Assembly: GCA_034520565.1 (NCBI GenBank)
Contig: JAXHNL010000002.1
Coordinates: 1,280,001 to 1,344,000, forward strand
Reading direction: 5' to 3'
Length of the DNA stretch: 64,000 nucleotides
Origin: Halodesulfurarchaeum sp.
GTDB lineage: Archaea; Halobacteriota; Halobacteria; Halobacteriales; Halobacteriaceae
Part shown: positions 1-9,873 of the stretch, one piece after another
Position numbering within the stretch: position 1 is the first letter of the stretch
Layout: the number at the start of each line of letters is the position of its first letter
Notes under the pieces: model-generated
Seen by the model: the letters and a program-made list of their open reading frames with translations, nothing else
Databases searched by the model: none
What the model was told of the DNA's origin: nothing
Translations under genes and position numbers: made by a program

Positions 1-257
1 TAACTCACGCCGAAGCGGTCCTCGAAGACCTCCATCATGTCGGCTTCGATGGCCTCGATTTCCGCCGAGTCTTCCCCCTCGCTGTGGTGGGCCAGGGCGT
101 GTGCGCGCTCGGTGAAGGCCATGACGAGCATGTCGCCGGCGATCTGGGCGTCAGTCTCGTCCGGTTCCTCGCGATAGAGGTCGAGAATCGCTTCCGGGAG
201 TACGAGTTCGTCACCGTCGGTCTCCGTTTCGACTGCGACGCGGATGGTGTCAGCCAT
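1..257 (-). CDS. Small acidic hypothetical protein (3' end outside window)
   Basis: Manual translation from ATG at 257: MADTIRVAVETETDGDELVLPEAILDLYREEPDETDAQIAGDMLVMAFTERAHALAHH...; typical halophilic composition; runs off the window edge. Confidence 0.7.
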   Translation of the reverse strand, partial: MADTIRVAVETETDGDELVLPEAILDLYREEPDETDAQIAGDMLVMAFTERAHALAHHSEGEDSAEIEAIEADMMEVFEDRFGVS

Positions 258-343
258 GACTCATGTAGGGCGAGCCGCCTTGTAAAGGTGATCATCGTCG
301 GACCCGCGGCAAGCGGGCGGGTCACGGCTTCTCGTTCGGTCCG

Positions 344-1438
344 TCAGTCGTCCGCCGGTGCCGGTTCGGACTGCTTCATCGACTCGGGCCCGCCCCCGGC
401 GAGCCACTCGTCGACGTCGAGGGCGGCCTGGCTGCCCATCCCGGCTGCCGTGACCGCCTGCTGGTAGTGGAAGTCGACGACGTCGCCCGCGCCGAAGATG
501 CCCTCGACGTCGGTCTTCGTCTGGTTACCGCCGCGACCGCCCTGGGTAATGAGATAGTTGTCCTCGTCGAGTTCGACGCCCGTGTCCTCCAGATAGGCCG
601 TGTTCGGCGTGTGGCCGATCGCGAGGAAGACGGCACCGACGTCCATGGTTTCCTCCTCGACCTCCTCATCACCGGCCTCGAGGCGCTCCTTTGGATGTCC
701 GTCGGGATGGGAGATGACGTGGACGTGGTCGATCCCGTCCTCCGGGCTGCCGTGAATCTCCGTGACTTCGGTGTTCCTGACGATTTCGATGTCACCCTCC
801 TCGACGGCCTCCATCGTCCGATCGATCCAGAAGTCTTCCGCGCGGAACTCCTCGCGTCGGTGGACGATGTAAACCGTGTCGGCGAACTTCGTGAGGAAGT
901 TCGCTTCCTCCATGGCCGCGTCGCCACCGCCCACGACGATCATGTCCTCATCGCGGAAGAACGCGCCATCACAGGTCGCACACGTGGAGACGCCGTAGCC
1001 CATCAGGTCGGCCTCGCCCGGAACTCCGAGGGTTCGGGCACTCGCGCCGCTCGCGGCGATCACGGCGTCGGCGGTGTACACGTCCCCGTTCGAGAGTGTC
1101 ACCTCGAAGGGATAGACCGAATCGTCGACGGAGACGACGATCCCGTGCTCGATTTCCGCGCCGAACTTCTGGGCCTGTTTTCGCATTCGGTTGATGAGTT
1201 CGGAGCCGTTGATCCCGTCGGGGAATCCGGGATAGTTGTCGACCGCCGTGGTGAGCGTGAGCTGGCCGCCCGGTTCGTCGCCCTCGATGAGCAACGGATC
1301 GTTATTGGCTCGACCCGCGTAGATCGCGGCCGTCAGTGCGGCGATCCCGGAGCCGACGATGACGAGGCGCTGGTGTTCGGCGACCGAATCTCCGGATTCG
1401 TCGCCGACCGAACTGGTGTCCGTCTGCGGAGCTTCCAT
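344..1438 (-). CDS. trxB: Thioredoxin reductase
   Basis: GSGIAALTAAIY FAD motif, CATC redox motif, GGGDAAMEEA NADPH motif, GDVVD..YQQAVTAAG. Confidence 0.93.
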   Translation of the reverse strand: MEAPQTDTSSVGDESGDSVAEHQRLVIVGSGIAALTAAIYAGRANNDPLLIEGDEPGGQLTLTTAVDNYPGFPDGINGSELINRMRKQAQKFGAEIEHGIVVSVDDSVYPFEVTLSNGDVYTADAVIAASGASARTLGVPGEADLMGYGVSTCATCDGAFFRDEDMIVVGGGDAAMEEANFLTKFADTVYIVHRREEFRAEDFWIDRTMEAVEEGDIEIVRNTEVTEIHGSPEDGIDHVHVISHPDGHPKERLEAGDEEVEEETMDVGAVFLAIGHTPNTAYLEDTGVELDEDNYLITQGGRGGNQTKTDVEGIFGAGDVVDFHYQQAVTAAGMGSQAALDVDEWLAGGGPESMKQSEPAPADD

Positions 1439-1575
1439 ACGGGTAGAAAGTGCTCGAAGTGCCTATTTACCTTGCGCCCTCGGTTTTCGGTGCAGGCTTT
1501 CGTGTGGTACTGGCGACCGACCCTCACGAGCTCGGCTCCGGCAGGTTTAGGCCATCACCTCCCGAAATCCGGGAT

Positions 1576-1866
1576 ATGCCTGCTGCACTCCAGGAGAAGA
1601 CAGACCGGTACGAATCCCTGCTTGCAGACGCGCTCGAAGCGGCGGAGCCGACCCCTGCTCTGGACACTCCGCTTGGAACCGTCGCGATGGAGTTCGAGGA
1701 GATGGCCACGTCCTACCTCGAGGATGGGCGGCACTTCCGCGAGATGGACGATCCGGTCAACGCGCTCGCAGCGTTTTCCTACGGGCACGCCTGGCTCGAT
1801 GCCGGGGCCAGACTGGGCGTCTTTTCGGTCCCCGAGGGCAGCGAACTCTTCACGGTCGATTTCTGA
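1576..1866 (+). CDS. DUF357 domain protein
   Basis: [39 protein letters not shown] signature; ATG at 1576. Confidence 0.85.
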   Translation: MPAALQEKTDRYESLLADALEAAEPTPALDTPLGTVAMEFEEMATSYLEDGRHFREMDDPVNALAAFSYGHAWLDAGARLGVFSVPEGSELFTVDF

Positions 1867-1985
1867 GTGCGTTCGAAGCTCTCTCGGACGATTCATGCGG
1901 ACTGTCGCCACTTTCGGGCACTTGCGGTCCGTCCGGACGGAACGTGCGTTTTTTAACCGTCACCGCAGTACGGTCTGCCAAGACA

Positions 1986-2279
1986 ATGCCGTCGTCCAAC
2001 GGACCCCTCGAAGGAACCCGGAAGAAACTCTCCAACAAGCCACGCGAACGGGGAACGTCCCCGCCCCAGCGGTCGGTCGCCGAATTCGATGCGGGACAGA
2101 CCGTCCACCTCAAGATCGACCCGAGCGTCCCGAAGGGTCGGTTCCACCCGCGCTTTAACGGGCATACAGGCGAAGTGGTCGGGAAACAGGGGACTGCGTA
2201 CAAGATCCAGATCAACGACCGGGGCAAGGACAAGACCCTGCTCGCCGGTCCAGCCCACCTCCACGAGCAGCAGGACTGA
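1986..2279 (+). CDS. rpl21e: 50S ribosomal protein L21e
   Basis: [15 protein letters not shown]...[14 protein letters not shown]. Confidence 0.96.
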   Translation: MPSSNGPLEGTRKKLSNKPRERGTSPPQRSVAEFDAGQTVHLKIDPSVPKGRFHPRFNGHTGEVVGKQGTAYKIQINDRGKDKTLLAGPAHLHEQQD

Positions 2280-2280
2280 C

Positions 2281-2637
2281 ATGAGCCTCTTCAAGGAGAC
2301 TCTCGATGAGGAGTTACTCACCGTCCCGGAGGCAAAGGAACTGCTGGCGGGCGTCGAAGCGGAGCGTGCCGAAGACGAAGACCGGGAACTTCGATACGAA
2401 CTCGCCCGGGCTATCGACCACGTCAACCGGTTTGCGGTCCTCGGCGTCGAGGAGTCACTTGAACTGGTCGAGGAACTCGAGGCCCTGGAGACCGTCGACG
2501 AGCCCGTCGCGTACAAGATTGCGAATCTCCTGCCGCGAAGCCGGACCGAACTCCGTGCCGTGTTCGCCCAGGAGCGCTACGCGCTCGACGGCGAGGAACT
2601 CGACGAGATTCTCGACATCGTCTCGAAATACGCCTAG
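2281..2637 (+). CDS. rpoF: RNA polymerase subunit F (Rpo4)
   Basis: ELRYELARAIDHVNRF..AYKIANLLPRSRTELRAVF; conserved position after rpl21e. Confidence 0.92.
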   Translation: MSLFKETLDEELLTVPEAKELLAGVEAERAEDEDRELRYELARAIDHVNRFAVLGVEESLELVEELEALETVDEPVAYKIANLLPRSRTELRAVFAQERYALDGEELDEILDIVSKYA

Positions 2638-2716
2638 TCTGGATTCGGAGGCCGACGGTACCGATTTCTTGCGATTGGGACCACTGTTTAAGTGACAGCT
2701 TCCCCTACTCGTGGGT

Positions 2717-3289
2717 ATGCCCGAGGATACCGGCGAGCCGGAGTCCGCATACGGGGTCGTCCTGGACGTGCTTGCCCACGGTCGCAGCGACGCCGACGAG
2801 CCACAGTACCGGCGGTCGCCGGTGATTTACGCGGTCGGCACCGAACACTTCTCCCTGTACGAACTCACGTTGACCGAAGACGCCGACATCTCGATCGGCG
2901 ACGAGATCCGGATCCGACCCGACTTCGAGGAGGGTATCAATCGAGGGCGACAGATCGACTACGATGGCCTCTCGGACGGCGCGAAGTCCGAACTCGAGTA
3001 CGTCATCGAGGAGATCGTCGAGGCGGCGGACTCGAAATTCGTCGACTTTTTCAACGAGGCACAGCCGGTCAGCTTGCGCCTCCACCAACTCAATCTACTC
3101 CCTGGAATCGGCGATAAGCTTCGGGACACCATCCTCGATCAGCGAAAGCGCCAACCGTTCGGTTCCTTCGAGGACCTGGAAAACCGGGTTTCCGGCCTCC
3201 ACGACCCGAAATCGATCGTCATCGACCGGATCAAGGCCGAGATCCGAGGGGACGAAGATCTCAAGTACGACATTTTCACGGCCTCGTAA
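2717..3289 (+). CDS. DUF655 putative nucleic-acid-binding (HhH) protein
   Basis: FFNEAQPVSLRLHQLNLLPGIGDKL HhH motif; conserved rpoF-DUF655-ksgA order. Confidence 0.88.
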   Translation: MPEDTGEPESAYGVVLDVLAHGRSDADEPQYRRSPVIYAVGTEHFSLYELTLTEDADISIGDEIRIRPDFEEGINRGRQIDYDGLSDGAKSELEYVIEEIVEAADSKFVDFFNEAQPVSLRLHQLNLLPGIGDKLRDTILDQRKRQPFGSFEDLENRVSGLHDPKSIVIDRIKAEIRGDEDLKYDIFTAS

Positions 3290-3321
3290 GGGGTAAACTT
3301 CCCCGCCGTGAAACCTGGGTA

Positions 3322-4146
3322 ATGACCCCTCGCGATCCGGATCGACTGGCGGCCACAGCTGGCCGTGGGGACCCCGACCGCGATCAACACTATCTCGTTG
3401 ACGATCGCGTCCTCGACCGGATCCCCGAGTACGCCGGCGACTTCGATCTGGAGCACGTACTCGAAATCGGGCCGGGTGCTGGCGCGTTGACGGATCGGCT
3501 CCTTCAGGTCGCAGCGAGGGTCACGGCCATCGAACGCGATTCGGGCCTCGTGGCACACTTGGAGAACGAATTTGCCGACGAAATCGAGGCCGGGCAGCTC
3601 ACGATTGTCGACGGAGACGCCCTCGAAGTGCCGTTCCCGGACTACACGGTCTGCATCTCGAATCTCCCGTATAGCATTTCGACGGCGGTCACGTTTCGGC
3701 TCCTCCGGGCGGGGAAGCCAGCGGTGTTGATGTTCCAGCAGGAGGTCGCCGATCGACTGGCTGCCGACCCGGGAACGAGCGAGTATGGGCGCCTTTCCGT
3801 CGGCGCCCAGCACTACGCAGCAGTGAAAATCCTCGAGCCGGTCCCGCCGGAGGCCTTCGATCCCCAACCCGCGGTGGACAGCGCGATCGTCTCGCTCACG
3901 CCCCGCTCACCGGACTATGCGGTTCCGGACGACGAGGCGTTCCTCGACCTCGTGAAGGCCCTGTTTACCCAGCGGCGGAAGACGGTCCGGAATGCGATCC
4001 GCAACACGGTCCACATCTCGGGCATCGAAAATCCGGAAGCCGTCATCGACGGGCTTCCCGAAGCCATTCCGAAGAAACGCCCCGACGCACTCACACCGGC
4101 CGAGTACGCCGAAATCGCCGCGACCGCGGCTCGTATCGATGGCTGA
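3322..4146 (+). CDS. rsmA: 16S rRNA adenine dimethyltransferase
   Basis: DQHYLVD, VLEIGPGAGALT, SNLPYSIS, FTQRRKTVRNA. Confidence 0.94.
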   Translation: MTPRDPDRLAATAGRGDPDRDQHYLVDDRVLDRIPEYAGDFDLEHVLEIGPGAGALTDRLLQVAARVTAIERDSGLVAHLENEFADEIEAGQLTIVDGDALEVPFPDYTVCISNLPYSISTAVTFRLLRAGKPAVLMFQQEVADRLAADPGTSEYGRLSVGAQHYAAVKILEPVPPEAFDPQPAVDSAIVSLTPRSPDYAVPDDEAFLDLVKALFTQRRKTVRNAIRNTVHISGIENPEAVIDGLPEAIPKKRPDALTPAEYAEIAATAARIDG

Positions 4147-4714
4147 CCTGGCCGAACGGCGCGGGGTCAATACTGAGGTTTACCAGCCGGCCGAGGACTC
4201 ACAACTCCTTCTCGAGGCCGCCCGATCCGGAATCGATGGGGGCGATCTGGTTCTCGAGGTCGGGACGGGATCCGGGTACGTGGCGAGCGAATTGGCCGCC
4301 GGGACTGGGGCGACAGTCATCGGCTCGGACCTCAACCCCCACGCGTGTCGGCGCGCCAGGGAGCGGGGCGTGCAGACGGTGCGTGCCGACCTGGTCGAGC
4401 CGTTCGGCGAGGACGTTTTCGATGTCGTCCTGTTCAATCCGCCCTACTTGCCACGGGTCGAGGCGGCCGAGCGGGACGACTGGGTCGAGCAAGCGTTGAC
4501 AGGTGGGGACTCCGGTCGGGCAGTGATCGAGCCGTTCGTGGAGACGGTCGGTCGCGTTCTCGCGTCCGATGGAGTGGTATTCCTGGTCGTCAGTTCGCTC
4601 ACAGGTGTGGACGAGGTCGAAGCCGTTGCCCGTGAGGCGGGGTTCGAAATCGAGACGGTCCGGGAGGAATCGTTTCCGTTCGAGCGGTTGTTTGTGCTCA
4701 GGTTGGCGTCCTGA
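4139..4714 (+). CDS. HemK2/MTQ2-family protein-glutamine methyltransferase
   Basis: VYQPAEDSQLL, LEVGTGSG, FNPPYLP; overlaps the ksgA stop. Confidence 0.9.
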   Translation: MADLAERRGVNTEVYQPAEDSQLLLEAARSGIDGGDLVLEVGTGSGYVASELAAGTGATVIGSDLNPHACRRARERGVQTVRADLVEPFGEDVFDVVLFNPPYLPRVEAAERDDWVEQALTGGDSGRAVIEPFVETVGRVLASDGVVFLVVSSLTGVDEVEAVAREAGFEIETVREESFPFERLFVLRLAS

Positions 4715-4766
4715 GACCGGTTGCTCGGTATTATCGGGGGCGGAACCATCTCCGATTCGACGGGGG

Positions 4767-5273
4767 CTACGCCCGATACTGTTCGGTCGCCCGCACCACC
4801 GTTTCGAAATCAGCCGGGGAGTAGGCGATGAACGAAACCCGTTCGAGGGAATCGGGGTCGTACTCGGCGATCGTCTCGCCGATAATCGCGGCCCCCTCGT
4901 CGAGCGAAAACCCGGCGACTCCACATCCCAGCGCGGGGATGACCACCGACTCACAGCCCAACTCGTCGGCCGCCTCGAGGGCGTTTCGCGTCGCGTGTTC
5001 GATGCTCTCGGCTGTCGCCTTCCCGTCGCCGTAATGGGGCATCGCGGCCGCGTGTACGACGTACTTCGCGTCGAGTTCGAACGCATCGGTAACGGCCACG
5101 TCCCCGAGTTCGGTCGGCCCCTGTTCGACTGCGGCCTTGTTGATCGGCCCGCTTGCCCCACGACGCAAGGCGCCGGCGACGCCCGATCCCATTCGAAGGC
5201 TCGTCCCCGCCGCGTTGACGAGACAGTCCGCGGACTGTTCGGCGATGTCCCCCTGGATCACCTCGAAGTCCAT
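4767..5273 (-). CDS. Macro domain (ADP-ribose-binding) protein
   Basis: QGDIAEQSADCLVNAAG..GSGVAGAL, VVHAA, PALGCGVAGF. Confidence 0.9.
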   Translation of the reverse strand: MDFEVIQGDIAEQSADCLVNAAGTSLRMGSGVAGALRRGASGPINKAAVEQGPTELGDVAVTDAFELDAKYVVHAAAMPHYGDGKATAESIEHATRNALEAADELGCESVVIPALGCGVAGFSLDEGAAIIGETIAEYDPDSLERVSFIAYSPADFETVVRATEQYRA

Positions 5274-5321
5274 ACGAACTATCAAAAGCCGCTCGATAAA
5301 GGAAGTTACCCGCGACCCGCG

Positions 5322-5777
5322 CTATTCGTAGAGCCAGGCTTCGTCGATTCGCTCGTAGGACTCGAGTTCGTCCGAGTCGAAGAACAGTTCGATCTCTCGT
5401 TCTGCGGATCCCGGTTCGGTGTCCGAGCCATGAATGACGTTCCGGCCGAGGTCAAGCCCGTAGTCACCGCGGATGGTGCCCGGTGCCGATTCGGCGGGGT
5501 CGGTTGCGCCCATCATCGTCCGAACCTGGGCGATCGCGTCCTGTCCCTCCCAGACCATCGCGAGCACGGGGCCCGAGGTGATGAAGTCCGTGAGGTCTTC
5601 GAAGAAGGGTTTGTCCTCGTGTTCGGCGTAGTGCCGTTCGGCGAGTTCCTGATCGATCTGCATGAGCTTCGCCCCGACGAGCTTCAGGCCGCGGTCCTCG
5701 AATCGAGAGACGATCTCGCCGATGAGCCCTCGCTGGACGCCGTCCGGCTTGACCATCACGAAGGTGCGCTCGGTCAT
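5322..5777 (-). CDS. ndk: Nucleoside diphosphate kinase
   Basis: [28 protein letters not shown]. Confidence 0.96.
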   Translation of the reverse strand: MTERTFVMVKPDGVQRGLIGEIVSRFEDRGLKLVGAKLMQIDQELAERHYAEHEDKPFFEDLTDFITSGPVLAMVWEGQDAIAQVRTMMGATDPAESAPGTIRGDYGLDLGRNVIHGSDTEPGSAEREIELFFDSDELESYERIDEAWLYE

Positions 5778-5953
5778 TCTTCGTTGTCCTGGCCGGCCCA
5801 TTCGACGTCGCGGGATTCGCGTCCCATGCCGGCGTTTTTCTCGCACTTCGAGGAGCAGAAGTACGTCGTCTCGCCGTTCTTCCTGACGTACATCGTGCCG
5901 GTCCCCTGATCGATTTCGTCACCGCAGTAATCACAGGTGCGTGTCCGTGGCAT
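5774..5953 (-). CDS. rpl24e: 50S ribosomal protein L24e
   Basis: [25 protein letters not shown]. Confidence 0.95.
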   Translation of the reverse strand: MPRTRTCDYCGDEIDQGTGTMYVRKNGETTYFCSSKCEKNAGMGRESRDVEWAGQDNEE

Positions 5954-6177
5954 TATTGACCACCGATCGAGTCGGCTTCGCGGGCCGTCTCGCGAAGTTG
6001 CAAGACGTCCCCGACCCTGACGGGGCCGAGGGCGTTTCGCGTGATGATGCGGCCCTGGTTCGACCCTTCCTTGATTCGACACTTCACCTGCATGGCCTCG
6101 CCGTGCATGCCGGTTTTCCCGACGATCTCGATGACCTCGGCGGGTGTCGAGCCTTCAGTCGATTCCTCGGCGCTCAT
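5953..6177 (-). CDS. rps28e: 30S ribosomal protein S28e
   Basis: [36 protein letters not shown]. Confidence 0.95.
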   Translation of the reverse strand: MSAEESTEGSTPAEVIEIVGKTGMHGEAMQVKCRIKEGSNQGRIITRNALGPVRVGDVLQLRETAREADSIGGQ

Positions 6178-6179
6178 CG

Positions 6180-6542
6180 CTATTGCAGGTCCTCGATTTT
6201 GGTCGCGATGTCTTCGACGTCGGCCTCGGCGTCACCGTCCTCGACGATAGCGGCTGCCGCGCTTCCGACTTCGAGGCCACAGGCGTGACCGATGTCGTCC
6301 TGGGTGTCGACGAAGACACACGAGATCCCCTTCTCGTCGGCGAGTTCGGGGAGGTGCATGACGATCTCCTCGGGGGAGACGTCCTCCGCGACGAAGACCA
6401 GTGATGCGTTGCCGCGTTCGACGGCCTTCGTCGTCTCGTTTGTCCCTTTCTTGATTCGTCCGGTGTCTCGGGCGACCTCGAGGGCCTCGAGCGCTCGGTC
6501 CTGGAGGTCGGCTGGAACGTCGTAGTCTACGTATACTGGCAT
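6180..6542 (-). CDS. rpl7ae: 50S ribosomal protein L7Ae
   Basis: [28 protein letters not shown]. Confidence 0.96.
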   Translation of the reverse strand: MPVYVDYDVPADLQDRALEALEVARDTGRIKKGTNETTKAVERGNASLVFVAEDVSPEEIVMHLPELADEKGISCVFVDTQDDIGHACGLEVGSAAAAIVEDGDAEADVEDIATKIEDLQ

Positions 6543-6630
6543 AGTGGATCACCGTTCCCACAGAGGGGCTTTCGCTCCCCCGCCGTTCGATCCTGAGGCT
6601 GGAAGCATCATCGACCCCTGTGAGGTGTAT
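6543..6630 (-). promoter_or_regulatory. Structured rpl7ae 5' leader with K-turn-like element
   Basis: TATA-like TTTTAAG at ~6651-6657 on minus strand; CACAGGGG/CCCCUCUGUG outer stem and UGCUUCC/GGGAGCG inner stem flanking a GAUGA internal loop. Confidence 0.55.
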
Positions 6631-6746
6631 TGCTGAGTCGGCACCCCGTGCTTAAAAGCGTGTCCAAACGGGGGAGGGGCGGACAGCAATCGGGAAGACG
6701 GATTGCGAGGGAAACGCCCTTGCCCGACCGCATGCAAGTGACGGCG

Positions 6747-9005
6747 ATGGACTGGCAGCCGATTCAGGAACTTGTCCGGGAAGCTGCCAGTCACGACGAA
6801 CGCCGGCTTCTCGTGCTCGCCGGCGAATCGGGGCACTCCGAAGCGGTCCGTGGAGCCCTCGAAGCCGCGGATGCTGCGTTGGGCGACGGTTCGATATTCG
6901 ACGATTCGACTGTCGTTGGGCCTCCGTCGGGACTCCCCTGTGATCACCTCGCTCCAGACGACGTGGGCCAGCTGCTCGGCACGACGCGAACGGCAGTCGT
7001 TCTCGACTGTCGGGCGGCCTGCCGACCGAACGACCTCGGGCAGGTCGTCGGGGCCGTCGACGGTGGTGGGCTACTGGTCTTGTTGACGCCGCCACTCGGC
7101 GACTGGCCCTCTCGACGCGACGAGTTCGACGAGACACTGGCTGTCCCGCCGGACACCGTCGATGCCGTCACGGGCCACTTTCGCGACCGTCTGGTCGAAA
7201 CGCTCACCGTTCATCGGGGCGTCGCCATCGTCGACCTCGACGCCGACGAATTCGTTCGCGACGGGCTGACGGGACAGGCACCACGACGGGATCCTCCGCC
7301 GATCGAAACGCCAGCCGGGACGGAAGCGATTCCCGATCCACTGTTCGAGAGCTGTCTCACCCAGGATCAGGCCGACGCGCTCGCGGACCTCGCGGCGCTC
7401 GCGACCGGACCGACGGCAGCCGTACTCGAAGCCGATCGGGGACGCGGCAAATCGAGCGTAGCTGGCCTTCTCGCCGCCTGGTTCGTCGCGAGAGGGGAGC
7501 GAGTCGTGGTCACCGGGCCGAGCCGGTGGGCCGCAACGGCATTCTTCGAACGGATTCTGGAGGTCCTCCCGCCCCTCGATGGCGTCCGATCCGTCGACGG
7601 TTCACCGCCGAACCGGATTGTAGCCGCGAGCGGCGGCGAGATCGAGTTCGTCGCGGCCCAGGAAATGGAGTCCAAACTGGAATTGGCTGCCGTCCTCTTC
7701 GTCGAAGAGGCCGCCGCCCTCCCCGTCGCCCTGCTCGAATCGACGCTCTCGGTCCCGCGTGTTGCCTACACCACGACGGTCCACGGGTACGAGGGATCGG
7801 GCCGGGGGTTCGCGGTCCGGTTCCGCGACAGCCTCGCGGCAGCCCGTCACGACGTTCTCGATATCACGCTCGCCGAACCGATTCGCTACGCTGGTGGCGA
7901 CCCGGTCGAAGTGTGGGCCGCACGGGCGCTGCTGCTCGATGCCTCACCGGTTCCAGGCTCGCTGATCGAGGACGCCAGACCGGAGACGGTGAGGTATCTG
8001 GGACTCGATTCCGAGACGCTCCGTCGGGACGAACAGTTGCTCCGGGAGGTGTTTGGCCTGCTCGTGACGGCCCATTACCGGACCGAACCCGCGGATCTCG
8101 CCAGACTGCTCGACGGGTCGAACCTCGCCGTCCGGGCCCTCCTTCGGGACGGACACGTCGTTGCCGTGGCCCTAATCGCCCGGGAAGGGGGTCTTCCGCC
8201 CGAGACCCTCGAACGCGTCTCGCTCGGCGAGCGAATCCGGGGCAACATGCTCCCGGACGTTCTAATGAGCCAGTTACGGGACGAGGACGCCGGGCGGTTG
8301 GTCGGTATTCGGGTCGTTCGAATCGCCACCCATCACGCGGTTCGGTCACGGGGGCTGGGAAGTTACCTGCTCTCCAACGTCGAGGACGAGTTCGGGCCAG
8401 TTGTCGACTGGATCGGGACGGGATTCGGTGCGACCCCCAAACTCGTCTCCTTCTGGCAGGCAAACGGCTACGAGCCGATCCACCTCTCGACGAGCCGCAA
8501 TGAGCGCAGTGGGGAACACTCCGTGCTGATGCTTAAGCCCACAGCCGACCCCGGGAATGTCCTCGCCGACGCACATGGGCGTTGGTTCGGAACCAGAATT
8601 GGTGGTGTCCTCCAGGATTCACTCGAGGATCTCGACCCGGACGTCATTCGCGCAGTCCTGGACGCGGGCACTCACCCTCCGTCGTTGGCATTTTCGCCTC
8701 ACCGGTGGCGGGTCATCGCCGGCGCAGCCTTCGGTCCCGGCCTGTACAGCGTCGACCCAGAACCGTTTCGCACGCTTTCCCTCCACGGACTCGTCGATGG
8801 TGCGGTGGATCTGTCCGATCGGGAGGAGCGACTGTTGGTTCGCGGCCTGCTACAGGGGCATTCCTGGGATCGAGTCGCGGACGAACTCGATTTCGTCTCC
8901 GGGACCGCGGCGATGCGGGCCTTCGGGCGAGCGCTGCAACCGCTGGTCGAGGAATACGGTCCAGAAGCACTCGACACGTATCGGACCCGCTTCGAGTCGG
9001 CGTAA
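6747..9005 (+). CDS. tmcA: tRNA(Met) cytidine acetyltransferase
   Basis: ADRGRGKSS Walker A, EEAAALP, TTTVHGYEGSGRGF, AHYRTEPADL, GNAT RVVRIATH..RSRGLGS. Confidence 0.93.
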   Translation: MDWQPIQELVREAASHDERRLLVLAGESGHSEAVRGALEAADAALGDGSIFDDSTVVGPPSGLPCDHLAPDDVGQLLGTTRTAVVLDCRAACRPNDLGQVVGAVDGGGLLVLLTPPLGDWPSRRDEFDETLAVPPDTVDAVTGHFRDRLVETLTVHRGVAIVDLDADEFVRDGLTGQAPRRDPPPIETPAGTEAIPDPLFESCLTQDQADALADLAALATGPTAAVLEADRGRGKSSVAGLLAAWFVARGERVVVTGPSRWAATAFFERILEVLPPLDGVRSVDGSPPNRIVAASGGEIEFVAAQEMESKLELAAVLFVEEAAALPVALLESTLSVPRVAYTTTVHGYEGSGRGFAVRFRDSLAAARHDVLDITLAEPIRYAGGDPVEVWAARALLLDASPVPGSLIEDARPETVRYLGLDSETLRRDEQLLREVFGLLVTAHYRTEPADLARLLDGSNLAVRALLRDGHVVAVALIAREGGLPPETLERVSLGERIRGNMLPDVLMSQLRDEDAGRLVGIRVVRIATHHAVRSRGLGSYLLSNVEDEFGPVVDWIGTGFGATPKLVSFWQANGYEPIHLSTSRNERSGEHSVLMLKPTADPGNVLADAHGRWFGTRIGGVLQDSLEDLDPDVIRAVLDAGTHPPSLAFSPHRWRVIAGAAFGPGLYSVDPEPFRTLSLHGLVDGAVDLSDREERLLVRGLLQGHSWDRVADELDFVSGTAAMRAFGRALQPLVEEYGPEALDTYRTRFESA

Positions 9006-9077
9006 TTGGGTCCGGAGTCCGGGGCAGGGAGCGGATATCCCTTTCAATCCACAACTGGTGACAGTTTCTAACTTCCT

Positions 9078-9104
9078 TGCTGCATACAACGCGCGTATCT
9101 TGCA
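9078..9104. repeat. 27-bp imperfect palindromic site 1 (putative recombination site, spacer class A)
   Basis: TGCTGCATAC-AACGCGC-GTATCTTGCA; 25/27 identical to 11154-11180. Confidence 0.75.
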
Positions 9105-9290
9105 TGAGTACGCTATTTCTCGTCGGGCTTTCGTCCTGACAGTCGTCATGACGGTAAGGTACGTCGGCTGACGGGCAAACGACCGTCGGTGTACTCGCAG
9201 GCTGGGTCGGTCCATTCCACGAGGGGCTGCTGGCGCGCCAAGCCACAGGGTCAGATCTCGGTCGCACCGAGGCCGCAGCGGCCGTTGTCC

Positions 9291-9872
9291 TCAGCCCGGT
9301 TGGGGCCTGACCTGCCGGCCGACGAGTACGAGACTGCCGACGAGCAGGGTGACCGAGACCGGCAACAGTAACTGAAACGCAGTCAATAGCGTGCTCGACG
9401 CTTGGATCCCCAGCATGATCAGCACCACCGGGCCACAGCAGGCCGTCCCCGAGAGCAGCGCAGGAATACTCGCGAGGAACCCGCTCGACGAGCGGCCGAT
9501 GCCGCAGGCCTTGGGCTGCATCCACACCAAATAGGTCAGCGCGAGGTTCAGCCCCACTAGCAGGGCGATGGAACCGCCAAGCACGGTATTGAACGAGAAC
9601 AGGTAGGTGATTGGGCCGACGGTGACCCGGGCGATTGGCGTGAACATGAAGGGACCGAGTTCGGGCTGCAGGAACTTACCGAACGGGTCGGCGATGACCG
9701 TCATGCCGGTATTACCGAGGCCCGTGGCGAGATGATTGATCATCCAGAGGTAGACTGACAGGTAGACGGCCGACACAGCGCCGAAAACGACGGCGGCGTC
9801 GCGGCGGCGGAGCGCAAACATGGTGGCAGTGTGTGTCCGCCCAAACGCGGTCCGGACGCTGGCGACTGACAT
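9291..9872 (-). CDS. Membrane protein with ACG and ACCGP motifs
   Basis: Several hydrophobic segments, LLSGTACCGPVV motif; starts 1 nt after the DUF3179 stop. Confidence 0.75.
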   Translation of the reverse strand: MSVASVRTAFGRTHTATMFALRRRDAAVVFGAVSAVYLSVYLWMINHLATGLGNTGMTVIADPFGKFLQPELGPFMFTPIARVTVGPITYLFSFNTVLGGSIALLVGLNLALTYLVWMQPKACGIGRSSSGFLASIPALLSGTACCGPVVLIMLGIQASSTLLTAFQLLLPVSVTLLVGSLVLVGRQVRPQPG

Positions 9873-9873
9873 G

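Noticed and set aside
467-2158. Long antisense or alternate-frame ORFs (e.g. 467-2158, 17318-18793, 44820-46703, 60821-62398)
   Set aside because: Shadow ORFs typical of high-GC DNA overlapping well-supported genes.
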